This document shows, piece by piece, positions 41,091 through 49,886 of a stretch of DNA of 64,000 bases. How positions within the stretch are numbered: the first letter of the stretch is position 1; each line of letters begins with the position of its first letter. The translations under genes and the position numbers were made by a program. Under the pieces are notes generated by a model. The model worked only from the letters and a program-made list of their open reading frames with translations, did no database searches and had not been told where the DNA came from. This stretch comes from an uncultured Verrucomicrobiae bacterium (GTDB lineage Bacteria; Verrucomicrobiota; Verrucomicrobiia; Chthoniobacterales; JAFAMB01). The DNA lies in contig CAWIPH010000002.1 of assembly GCA_963837955.1 (NCBI GenBank), positions 1,280,001 through 1,344,000 on the forward strand, given 5' to 3'.

Positions 41091-41549
41091 TTGAGTGCAA
41101 TCGAGGCCCGACTCCAGTCGCTCGGATTCGAGCTTCCGGATCCACCTACTCCAGGCGGTAACTACGTCCCGTTCGTCGTCCAGGACCGGTTCGTTTTTTT
41201 GGCCGGAGTCATCTCGATTTCCAACGGTCTGTTGATCGCTGGCACCGTTGGCGCGGACAAAAGTATCCAAGATGGTTACGAAGCGGCGCGGGCGTGTGCT
41301 CTCATTCAGTTGGCGAACCTGAAACTGGCGCTCGGCGATTTAGATCGGCTGCAGCGTATCATATCCCTGAATGGTTATGTGAACGCGGTTCCTGGATTTG
41401 CGGAATCCCCGCAAGTAATAAATGGCGCCTCGGATCTCTTGGTGGAGCTTCTTGGATCGCGCGGGTTGCATGCCCGTGCAGCAATCGGGGTGCCGGCACT
41501 ACCGAAGAACGCCCTGGTCGAAATCCAAATGATTGCGACGATGGAATAA
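41091..41549 (+). CDS. RidA/YjgF family protein
   Basis: LP.PP.P.GNYVP, NGASDLL, HARAAIGV..LP..A.VEI; AAGGAGG SD before TTG 41091. Confidence 0.88.
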   Translation: MSAIEARLQSLGFELPDPPTPGGNYVPFVVQDRFVFLAGVISISNGLLIAGTVGADKSIQDGYEAARACALIQLANLKLALGDLDRLQRIISLNGYVNAVPGFAESPQVINGASDLLVELLGSRGLHARAAIGVPALPKNALVEIQMIATME

Positions 41550-41694
41550 CCCGAAGCATAGCCAGTCACCGAGAACGAACAGCAAGTAGTCTGATGCTCC
41601 GGCCTCAGGGGGACACGTGCGCTGTCGGCTCGATCGTTCATTACTCCAACACCCCATTACTCCATTTGCTATCTGCTATCTGCTATCACCAGCC

Positions 41695-42615
41695 ATGCCT
41701 GAATTTACTTTGACTGCCGCGTCGACACATGACCGTTGGAATCGCGATCTGCCGCCCCAACTGAGGGTTGGCGCCGATGCACTGGTCCATTTTGAATGTT
41801 TGGATTCGAGCGGCGCGCAAGTTGGTCCTGATTCGACTCTGGCCGACTTTCTCCAAATCAATCGAGATAAGATTCACACGCTTACCGGACCGGTCTACGT
41901 CGAAGGAGCACAACCTGGTGACGTTTTGCGAATCGAAATCCTGGAAGTCGCGCATCGTGGATGGGGATGGTCGAGCATCATTCCCAACCTTGGATTCCTA
42001 CACGAACGATTCCCTGAACCATTCTTTTTCATTTGGAAATTGGAAGAAAATATTTCCAAATCGCTCGTTCCAGCGGTCGTACCGTTGCGTCCGTTCTGTG
42101 GAATTATTGGTGTCGCACCCGCAGAAGCGGGCGAATTCCGCACGCGTACCCCCGGAGTTTTTGGGGGCAACATCGATGTGCACGATCTCACTGTTGGATC
42201 AATTCTCTATTTGCCGGTTCAGACCCCTGGAGCTCTTCTCTCTTTGGGTGACGTCCACGCTGCGCAGGGAGATGGAGAGGTTTGCATCAACGGTATTGAG
42301 TGTCCCGCCCAGGTCACGGTGCGGCTAACTCTGGTCAAGAATCAGAAATTGAGCGGACCGTTTGTGGAGAGCCCACGATTGCGGAGAGAGACGGCAGGAG
42401 AGTGGGTGATGGTTGAGTCGGACGCGGACCCGCTCATCGCGGCTCGCCGAGCGACCTTTCGCATGATCGAGTTTCTGGTGGAACGCTGGAATTTATCTCC
42501 GGAGCACGCCTATATACTCTGCAGCGTCGCAATGGATCTACGCCTGGCGCAAGTCGTGAACGTCCCGATAATGACTGTGTGTGCGGGGCTCGAGAAGTCG
42601 ATTTTCGGAGTCTGA
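41695..42615 (+). CDS. acetamidase/formamidase family protein
   Basis: H.LTGPVYVEGA.PGD.L, GGNID, GDVHAAQGDGE. Confidence 0.9.
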   Translation: MPEFTLTAASTHDRWNRDLPPQLRVGADALVHFECLDSSGAQVGPDSTLADFLQINRDKIHTLTGPVYVEGAQPGDVLRIEILEVAHRGWGWSSIIPNLGFLHERFPEPFFFIWKLEENISKSLVPAVVPLRPFCGIIGVAPAEAGEFRTRTPGVFGGNIDVHDLTVGSILYLPVQTPGALLSLGDVHAAQGDGEVCINGIECPAQVTVRLTLVKNQKLSGPFVESPRLRRETAGEWVMVESDADPLIAARRATFRMIEFLVERWNLSPEHAYILCSVAMDLRLAQVVNVPIMTVCAGLEKSIFGV

Positions 42616-42629
42616 CGAATGCATTGTGA

Positions 42630-42820
42630 GTAGGGACGGCGGCTGTCCGTCTTAATTCGGTCCGACGGGAGCCACGCGGCCGCGAGACCCAACGCGGGGA
42701 GGGATCGCGTCTCCGCGATCCGTTGTGGCCGGACCCAAGCGCGTTTGTATACCAAGGGTTAAATTGCGTCCCCAGGTTAGAGATCGTTTTCTCGGCGCGC
42801 GGGGACGCGCGCCCTCCCAG
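42630..42820. repeat. GTAG-started palindromic elements
   Basis: GTAGGGACGG..CCGTC, GGATCGCG..CGCGATCC and GGCGCGCG..CGCGCGCC hairpins. Confidence 0.5.
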
Positions 42821-42921
42821 CGATGGAGCAGGCAAACCATTCTTATGTTGACGCGTATGGACGGGAGCCGGACCTACAGGCGTCTGGCCAGTCTCGCGGC
42901 GGCTCTCCGTATTCCGTATTT

Positions 42922-42937
42922 TGGCATGTTGTGTGCT
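42922..42937 (+). promoter_or_regulatory. possible sigma54 promoter of the LysR gene
   Basis: TGGCAT GTTGT GTGCT = GG-N10-GC. Confidence 0.45.
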
Positions 42938-43002
42938 GGTCATCCAGAGCATGAGTTCGATGGGGAGAGAAGGGTTCGCCAAAATTATCAGCTTATAGGC
43001 CG

Positions 43003-43962
43003 ATGGAACTGCGCCATCTACGTTACTTTGTCGTCGTCGCGGAAGAGCTGAACTTTTGCCGGGCAGCCGAAAGACTGAGGATCGCTCAGCCGCCACTGAG
43101 CGTGCAGATTCGCCATCTCGAAGAAGAGTTAGGCGTTCAGCTTTTCTATCGAATCAAGAGGCGGATAACACTTTCGCCCGCCGGGGAGGTTTTGTTCAGC
43201 CAAGGGCGAAGACTTCTCCGCGAAGCGGAGCAAATCGCGGATCAGGTGCGCGAAGCCGCTTCCGGTAAAACCGGATCGCTTTCGATCGGGTTTGTTGGGA
43301 CGACGATGTACGACATCCTACCAGATGCTTTGCGAATCTTTCGTTCTACCTATCCGAAGATCCAACTAAATCTGGAAGACATTCACAGCGGTCATCAGAT
43401 CCAGGCATTACAACGTCGCAAAATCGACGTCGGCCTTATTCATCCGCCGGTTCAGGAAGTCCTTGTGGAGACGGAAGAAGTTGTGAGTGAAACGCTGATG
43501 GTGGCGTTGCCGGAAAAACATCGGCTTCGGGATCGGACCGCCGTCGCTTTGGCTGACCTGGCCGACGAGCCCTTCTTGATCTGCTCGATCAGCGGTGAAC
43601 CGGGCCTACACAAACTCTGTCTAGGCCTGATTCAGGATGCCGGCTTTCGGCCGCGAGTGGTGCAGGAAGCGACGCACATCCAGACTCAGGTTGGACTGGT
43701 TGCCGCTGGTGTGGGGATTTGTCTGGTGCCATCTTCGGCGACGCGTTTACAGCAGCCGGGCGTGATCTATCGACCCCTGAGCGTTCCCCAGACCAATCTT
43801 ACCAAGCTGATGGTTTGGAGGAAAGGGCCGTGTTCGGCTCATCTTACTGGATTTTTAGGAGCTGTCCGGCAGGCGGCGGCTTTGCTGCGTACCAACGCGG
43901 CAATCAGACGCGCTTGTCGGCCAGCTCCGGAGGTTTGCTTCGCGATGACCGACAGCCCATAG
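43003..43962 (+). CDS. LysR family transcriptional regulator
   Basis: MELRHLRYF..VAEELNF.RAAERL.IAQPPLS HTH. Confidence 0.95.
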   Translation: MELRHLRYFVVVAEELNFCRAAERLRIAQPPLSVQIRHLEEELGVQLFYRIKRRITLSPAGEVLFSQGRRLLREAEQIADQVREAASGKTGSLSIGFVGTTMYDILPDALRIFRSTYPKIQLNLEDIHSGHQIQALQRRKIDVGLIHPPVQEVLVETEEVVSETLMVALPEKHRLRDRTAVALADLADEPFLICSISGEPGLHKLCLGLIQDAGFRPRVVQEATHIQTQVGLVAAGVGICLVPSSATRLQQPGVIYRPLSVPQTNLTKLMVWRKGPCSAHLTGFLGAVRQAAALLRTNAAIRRACRPAPEVCFAMTDSP

Positions 43963-44001
43963 CCAATAGCCAAGATGACAAACGGCGGACGGCTTCCCCG
44001 C

Positions 44002-44973
44002 TTACCACCCAAGTATCCAAGCAAAAATCAACGGCGCCACGATGGTGGCGTCGGATTCTATCACATACTTCGGCGTGTCCAACGAGAGCTTACCCCAAGT
44101 GATTTTCTCGTTCGGCACGGCGCCTGAGTAGGACCCATAGCTGGTCGTCGAATCGCTAATCTGACAAAAGTAGCCCCAGCGCGGAACGTGCTCGCGTTGC
44201 AGATCCTGATGAAGCATTGGCACGACGCAAATCGGGAAATCACCAGCAATACCGCCGGCGATTTGGAAAAAGCCGATCGATGAGCTGGCGGAAGTCGTGG
44301 TATACCAGTCGGCCAATTGGATCATGTACTCGATGCCGGTACGCACGGTGTGAACATTCTTAACGTCTCCGGAGATGCAGTGGCCGGCATACATGTTACC
44401 TAGCGTCGAGTCTTCCCATCCGGGCACAAACATCGGCAGGCCTTTCTGCATCGCGGCATAAAGCCAGCTATCCTTCGGATCGATCTGATAATACTTTTTC
44501 AAGCGATCGTCTTTCAGGATTCGATAGAAGAATTCGTGCGGGAAAAATTGCCGCCCGTTTTTATCAGCATCTACCCACTCCTCCAGTACGGCCTTTTCGA
44601 TCCGTCGCATCGCCTCTGCTTCGGGGATGCAGGTATCGGTAACTCGGTTCAAGTGTTGATCCAGGAGCGCTTGTTCGTCCTCGCCGCTTAGTTCGCGCCA
44701 ATTGGGAATACGCTTGTAATGATGGTGGGCCACCAGGTTAAACACATCCTCTTCCAGATTTGCTCCGGTGCAGCAGATCGCGTGAATCTTATCCTGCCGG
44801 ATCATCTCCGCCAACGAGAGTCCCAACTCCGCGGTGCTCATCGCGCCCGCTACGGTAACCAACATTTTGCCGCCCTGGTCGAGGTGCCGCTGATATCCTT
44901 GCGCGGCATCTTTGAGGGTTGCCGCATTAAAGTGCCGATAGTGGCGGGAGATAAATTCTGTGATCGTGCCCAT
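44002..44973 (-). CDS. deoxyhypusine synthase-like protein
   Basis: GAMSTAELG, TGANLEED, GSYSGA.PNEKITWGK, SDATI. Confidence 0.9.
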   Translation of the reverse strand: MGTITEFISRHYRHFNAATLKDAAQGYQRHLDQGGKMLVTVAGAMSTAELGLSLAEMIRQDKIHAICCTGANLEEDVFNLVAHHHYKRIPNWRELSGEDEQALLDQHLNRVTDTCIPEAEAMRRIEKAVLEEWVDADKNGRQFFPHEFFYRILKDDRLKKYYQIDPKDSWLYAAMQKGLPMFVPGWEDSTLGNMYAGHCISGDVKNVHTVRTGIEYMIQLADWYTTTSASSSIGFFQIAGGIAGDFPICVVPMLHQDLQREHVPRWGYFCQISDSTTSYGSYSGAVPNEKITWGKLSLDTPKYVIESDATIVAPLIFAWILGW

Positions 44974-45137
44974 TTGCTAGGACCTTCCGAATCTACTAAT
45001 TCTGACAAAAGATCAATGGATGAAATAGCGCATCGCAGATAGCAGATACCAGAGGAAAGATGGCAAAATACAAATGATAAGCTTTGGCTCCGGTTTTGTC
45101 GGGGAGACGCAGCTCCCTAAACTAGATCCAGAAAGAC

Positions 45138-45557
45138 ATGATGGATCAGATTCAGCCAGTTGAGCCCACACCACGCATTAACCCAGGGCGATTGCTGCAT
45201 TGGTCATTCTTCATCTGCTATTTGCTATCTGCTATGTGCTATTCGCGGATACTCGCTGCCGGTACGGACACTACCGGAACGGGTGAGAAGATTTTTCAGA
45301 CCCGCTGCTTTGTCTGCCATGGTCGGGATGGGCGAGGCTCTGGACCCGCTTCACCAGGACTTTCGCAGAAGCCCCAAGATTTAACCGACCCGAGTTGGCA
45401 GCGGAGTGTGACCGACGATCAGATTAAAACCGTCATTCGCGAGGGTGGAGCAATTTTGGGAAAGAGCGGGGCGATGCCGCCCAATGCGGATCTGAGCGAC
45501 GACACTATAGAACAATTGGTGAGCTATGTACGCACACTGAACCGGGAAAGACACTGA
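45138..45557 (+). CDS. monoheme cytochrome c
   Basis: CFVCHG..G.G.GP, AMPP; start uncertain. Confidence 0.8.
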   Translation: MMDQIQPVEPTPRINPGRLLHWSFFICYLLSAMCYSRILAAGTDTTGTGEKIFQTRCFVCHGRDGRGSGPASPGLSQKPQDLTDPSWQRSVTDDQIKTVIREGGAILGKSGAMPPNADLSDDTIEQLVSYVRTLNRERH

Positions 45558-45618
45558 TGGATGATTCTTTCGGATCCTGGTAGCGCAACCCGTTGTTGAT
45601 GTTATCGGTTATGCGCGT

Positions 45619-46071
45619 ATGCGAAAAGGTCTCGCTGTTGTTGGCACGCTGTTGTGCGGAATTGGTTCGCTCCTTGCCGACGAACCAAACATCAAAGTGG
45701 AGGGGGCATGGATGCGAGCGGTTCCATCCTCCGTCTCGGCGACGGCCGTCTACCTGACGATTATCAACTCGGGGCCTACTGCTTATCGACTCGTCGGCGC
45801 TAATACTTCGGTCGCGGATTCTGTTGAACCAATGATAACTACAAAATCTGGAACCGGAGCCAACCAACGGCTTGGGATGGAAGCAGTCGATTCGCTAGAA
45901 GTGCCGGCCGGCGGGAAACTGGTCCTCGAACCGGGCGGCAATCATCTGATGGTAATGGGTCTAAAAAAACACCCCGCGGAAGGTGAGAAAGTGAATATAA
46001 CGATTAGATTACAACCCGGTGACCGCGAGATCCGGCTTGAGATACCGGTTTCCCGTAAACCGATTCCATGA
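45619..46071 (+). CDS. PCuAC copper chaperone
   Basis: AWMRA, A.Y..I.N, GM..V....PA, L.PGG.HLM.M. Confidence 0.85.
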   Translation: MRKGLAVVGTLLCGIGSLLADEPNIKVEGAWMRAVPSSVSATAVYLTIINSGPTAYRLVGANTSVADSVEPMITTKSGTGANQRLGMEAVDSLEVPAGGKLVLEPGGNHLMVMGLKKHPAEGEKVNITIRLQPGDREIRLEIPVSRKPIP

Positions 46072-46751
46072 GCACATCCACTCTTCCCAAGCCAGAGATT
46101 CGTCCAAATGCCCCATTTTGGTCTAATTGGCGAATTTGGGCTGCAGCAGTGGCGTTGCTCTTAGCTTTGGGAATTTCGATTCTTTTTGGTTCGAAGCAGG
46201 TAGCGCAGAAAGGTTACTACGGCCAACGCCTATTTCCGCCTAAGGAAGCCTTTGATTTTGCTTTGATCGACCAGGATGCTCAGCCGTTTCAGTTGCATCA
46301 GCTACATGGAAAAGCGGTGCTTTTTCTTTTTGGTTTTATCCACTGCCCGAACATCTGTCCCACGTCGCTGACCAATCTGGCCGCGGTCTTGCAAAAATTG
46401 GATCCCGAACAGCGCAAACAGGTGCAGATCCTGTTTTTGTCGGTCGATGCCAAGAGAGATACCCCGGAGGCTCTAAAAGCTTATATCCCATGGTTTGATC
46501 CCAGCATCATTGGATTGACCGGATCGAAGGAAGCCATCGACCGGACGGTTCAGGAATACGGGGGGAGTTACGAGATAGTGGCTGGTTCCTCCAAGGATCC
46601 CAGTGACTATGGGGTAAATCACTCTGCCTATATTTACTTGATCAATCCAGCCGGCCAGCTCGAACTGTTATACGACAACGAAAAGCTGGCGGATACTGAT
46701 CGGATAGTTGGGGATATCCGCAAAGTTTTGGCGGAAAAGAAAAATCCCTGA
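46068..46751 (+). CDS. SCO family copper chaperone
   Basis: FGF..CPNICP, D..RDT, conserved His in VNHS. Confidence 0.9.
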   Translation: MSTSTLPKPEIRPNAPFWSNWRIWAAAVALLLALGISILFGSKQVAQKGYYGQRLFPPKEAFDFALIDQDAQPFQLHQLHGKAVLFLFGFIHCPNICPTSLTNLAAVLQKLDPEQRKQVQILFLSVDAKRDTPEALKAYIPWFDPSIIGLTGSKEAIDRTVQEYGGSYEIVAGSSKDPSDYGVNHSAYIYLINPAGQLELLYDNEKLADTDRIVGDIRKVLAEKKNP

Positions 46752-46824
46752 CCTGCCTGTCTCGCCGTCGCGTAGCGATGGCGGATAGGGCGAACGCTTT
46801 GCATGAGGGTAGGGCACCTGCGAC

Positions 46825-47499
46825 CTAGAGATCAAACCACCGCGAATGGCGCTGGGTTAAGACCACCGCTAGGAGCAGGCAAAAGGATAACGCGAGCAGA
46901 ACCACTGCGTATTGGTTAGCCACAGCGTAATTCGGTTTTTCGACCTCGTTGTAGAGGGCCACAGATGCCACCTTGGTAACGCCCGGGATGGAGCCTCCGA
47001 TCATCATGACCACTCCAAATTCGCCAATCGTGTGAGCGAACGCTAACGTGGTTCCTACCACAATTCCGCGCAAAGCCAGCGGCAACCGAATATGCCAGAA
47101 GACCTGCAAAGGGTTGGCTTCCAGCGAAGCGGCTTCAGTCAGAGGGCGAGGAACCCCTCGCAGAGCACTTTGAAACGGCTGGATAGCGAACGGCAAGCTA
47201 TACAGCATTGATCCGAGCACTAGTCCAGGAAAGGAGAATGCCAACTGTTGTCCGAAAACACGTTGCCAAGCTGCGCCGAAAAAGTTCTGCGGCGCGAAAA
47301 TGACGAGCAGATAGAATCCCAGCACGGTGGGAGGCAGTACAATGGGAAGCCCAACAATGGTTTCGAGGATTGCACCGAACCGGCTTGGTAGCGAATTCAG
47401 CAACTGAGCGAGCGGCAATCCGCAAAGTAGGAGTAGTCCAGTCGTGATAGTCGCCAGTTGAAGCGTGAGTCCAAGCGGCTGCCAAAGTTCGCTAGCCAT
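46825..47499 (-). CDS. modB: molybdate ABC transporter permease
   Basis: LPPTVLGFYL, SLPFA.QP, FAHTIGEFG...MIGGSIPG. Confidence 0.92.
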   Translation of the reverse strand: MASELWQPLGLTLQLATITTGLLLLCGLPLAQLLNSLPSRFGAILETIVGLPIVLPPTVLGFYLLVIFAPQNFFGAAWQRVFGQQLAFSFPGLVLGSMLYSLPFAIQPFQSALRGVPRPLTEAASLEANPLQVFWHIRLPLALRGIVVGTTLAFAHTIGEFGVVMMIGGSIPGVTKVASVALYNEVEKPNYAVANQYAVVLLALSFCLLLAVVLTQRHSRWFDL

Positions 47500-48313
47500 T
47501 CGGAGTGGGCAAGGTGAAGCCGTATTGATCGAAAATCTTTCTGGCGGCCTGAGACTGGAGAAATTGAAAGTAGTCGCGGGCCGCTTCGCGTTTAGATCCG
47601 GTTGACGTCAATACCATTGCTTGTTCCAATTTCGGATAGAGCTTCGGATCCATCTCGATATAACGCCCGACATTTTTCAGAGTGGGGGACAAGAGCAACG
47701 ACAATGCGACGAATCCGGCGTCGACATTTCCAGTCTGCACAAACTGTGCTGTCTGAGCGATATTTTCACCCTGCACAATTCGATCCTGCACTTCGGACCA
47801 CAGCCCGCTATTATCCAACACAGCTTTGGCCGCCTGGCCGTAAGGTGCGTGCTCGGGGTTGGCAATAGCAATCTTTTTCACGGCACTGCGATCTCGCAAT
47901 ACGTCGATCCCGCGATCGAGATTCACCGTCTCCGGTTTGGTGGTCCAGAGAACGATCCGTCCGATTGCGTAAACGGTTAAGGTCGACTGGTCCACAAAGC
48001 CACCGTTAGCCAGTTCTTTCGGGTACTGGATGTCCGCTGAAAGAAAAACATCGAAAGGCGCGCCGTTTCGAATTTGGGCGCTAAAATTTCCACTCGATCC
48101 GGCGGAGACCTTCAGTTCGGTACCAGGATGGGACTGTTGGTAAGCGCGGTTGAGGTCCTCGATGCAGTAGGTCAGATCGGCGGCAGCCGCAATGGTCACC
48201 GTTTCGGTTTGCGCGGCTCGCACTAGCCCAGGAGCGAAAAACAGTGTGAGAAGGGCAGCCGGCCAAAGCGTAGAAACGCGGCCCACTAAAGACCGGATCG
48301 AGAGTAGTCGCAT
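47492..48313 (-). CDS. modA: molybdate ABC transporter substrate-binding protein
   Basis: AAAADL, GSSG, NGAPFDVFLSA, ANP.HAPYG, GENI.Q. Confidence 0.92.
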   Translation of the reverse strand: MRLLSIRSLVGRVSTLWPAALLTLFFAPGLVRAAQTETVTIAAAADLTYCIEDLNRAYQQSHPGTELKVSAGSSGNFSAQIRNGAPFDVFLSADIQYPKELANGGFVDQSTLTVYAIGRIVLWTTKPETVNLDRGIDVLRDRSAVKKIAIANPEHAPYGQAAKAVLDNSGLWSEVQDRIVQGENIAQTAQFVQTGNVDAGFVALSLLLSPTLKNVGRYIEMDPKLYPKLEQAMVLTSTGSKREAARDYFQFLQSQAARKIFDQYGFTLPTPNG

Positions 48314-48345
48314 AGACTGATTTTTTTTCCAGACAGGGCTGCTGT

Positions 48346-48561
48346 CTACTTGGAGTCACCCTTTTCGATCGATACGTTTGTAGCTTTGATAAGGGCAGAT
48401 ACCGAATCTCCGACTTTAAGCTGCATTTCCCGAACGGATCGGGTTGTAATGACGGCAGCCACCGGTCCAATTGGAGTATCAATGACTACTTCTGAAAGCA
48501 CTTGGTCCGAGGTGATTTCGCGGATGGTGCCTGGAATCTTGTTTCGAATGCTCTGGCTCAT
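48346..48561 (-). CDS. TOBE/Mop molybdate-binding protein
   Basis: SIRN...G, AVITTRSV.EM.LKVGD.V.ALIKAT.V. Confidence 0.88.
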   Translation of the reverse strand: MSQSIRNKIPGTIREITSDQVLSEVVIDTPIGPVAAVITTRSVREMQLKVGDSVSALIKATNVSIEKGDSK

Positions 48562-48767
48562 CTGGCGATCGTCGGGTCAGTGTTGCGGGAATGCAAGTAA
48601 GCAGGAAGTCGGGCGGTTCCCCGGCTATGCCGCGTGCGTTAACAGATAGCTCGCGACCAAGGATTGTACCGAGGTCGCCGAGCAGCGAAGAAAAACGGTC
48701 CCTTCGGCTTACGCGGCTCTGCATTCCCGGTTGCGTGCTTCTTTCGCCAGTTGTAGACAGATGAGCG

Positions 48768-49259
48768 ATGGACGCGAAACGAACTTTCATCTTACTAGTC
48801 ATATTCTTGGCGCCTCTTTCGTTTCTAGTTGCCCAAGACAAAAACAACAAAGGCGCCTCTTCCGTCCAAAGCGAGCTCGAGGCTATCAAAGCAGAACTCA
48901 AAACCCAGCAGGATAAGATCGAACAGCTTTCGCAGGAAATTACTAAGCTGAGCGAGGCAATCAAAGAGTTTACGGCGAGCGAAAAGTCTCCTAGCGCCAC
49001 GCCGCCCAAGGCGGTTGCGGTAAGCCCGACTCCGACACCCGCAACTGTGGGCGTAGAAAATCCTTCACCATCTGAGCCAAGCGGCGTTCGGACGCATGTC
49101 GTCGCTAAGGGAGAGACGTTGATTCAAATTGCAAAACAGTACGGCGTGACGGTCGAAGAGATCGAGAAGGCCAATAACATTCAAGACGCGAAGAAGCTGC
49201 AGATCGGCCAGACCATAAAAATTCCCGGAGGCGCATCTCCTTCGCCCACTCCGGAATGA
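48768..49259 (+). CDS. exported coiled-coil + LysM protein
   Basis: signal peptide; HVVAKGETL..IA..YGV...I..AN...LQIGQ.IKIP. Confidence 0.88.
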   Translation: MDAKRTFILLVIFLAPLSFLVAQDKNNKGASSVQSELEAIKAELKTQQDKIEQLSQEITKLSEAIKEFTASEKSPSATPPKAVAVSPTPTPATVGVENPSPSEPSGVRTHVVAKGETLIQIAKQYGVTVEEIEKANNIQDAKKLQIGQTIKIPGGASPSPTPE

Positions 49260-49360
49260 GATAAGCACTGGGTCTGGCAAGGTTTGAAGAAATCAGTCCC
49301 GGCTTGTCCGCCGTAGCCCAGAGACCACCTTCGCTCTTCGATTTGCGGTGCGAAGGAGGA

Positions 49361-49565
49361 AGGGACGCGCTGAAAGTAGCCCAGCAATTTATTGCTGGGT
49401 AAAGTTACAAAACGTGTCCGTCCCGGACGGGACGATCGAAAGGTTTTGGCTCCTCGTTCGTATGCGGCTTCACCAGCGCAAGCACCCATCGATCGTCCCG
49501 GCCGGGACGGGTCGTTTTTTACGTCACACCCCAGCACTTCGTGCTGGGCTACTTTCATTGAGTCC
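49361..49565. mobile_element. non-autonomous copy of the tnpA-flanking inverted arms
   Basis: GAAAGTAGCCCAGCA..TGCTGGG..CGTCCCGGACGGGACGATCG and its reverse complement around a ~50 bp spacer. Confidence 0.8.
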
Positions 49566-49708
49566 TCTTCCCCCTTCGGGGGATTGATCATCGTCGCTCT
49601 CTGAGGGAGCGGAGACGAGCGTGTAAAAAATTCTTCGGCGACCTAATTTTTTGAGTCCTGCTAGCTGCCATGCGTTGACGTTCGTACCAAGACTGGTAAT
49701 GTCTCGAT

Positions 49709-49885
49709 ATGCCCGAGAGGACGCAGAAACCACCAGCTCCGGCTCCGTGGGAACCGAAACAGGGCGGCGGAGATGGTCCACGCTCGCCTGACGTTTCGAA
49801 GCCGGATACGAAAGATCTTTTAAAGCGGATGCGTAAGGTCGATCCGAATCAATCGAAACGTTATCGACAGCGCACCGGTCAGTGA
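49709..49885 (+). CDS. ubact: UBact prokaryotic ubiquitin-like protein (58 aa, absent from the ORF track)
   Basis: manual translation MPERTQKPPAPAPWEPKQGGGDGPRSPDVSKPDTKDLLKRMRKVDPNQSKRYRQRTGQ*; stop 1 nt before the proteasome beta ATG. Confidence 0.9.
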   Translation: MPERTQKPPAPAPWEPKQGGGDGPRSPDVSKPDTKDLLKRMRKVDPNQSKRYRQRTGQ

Positions 49886-49886
49886 G

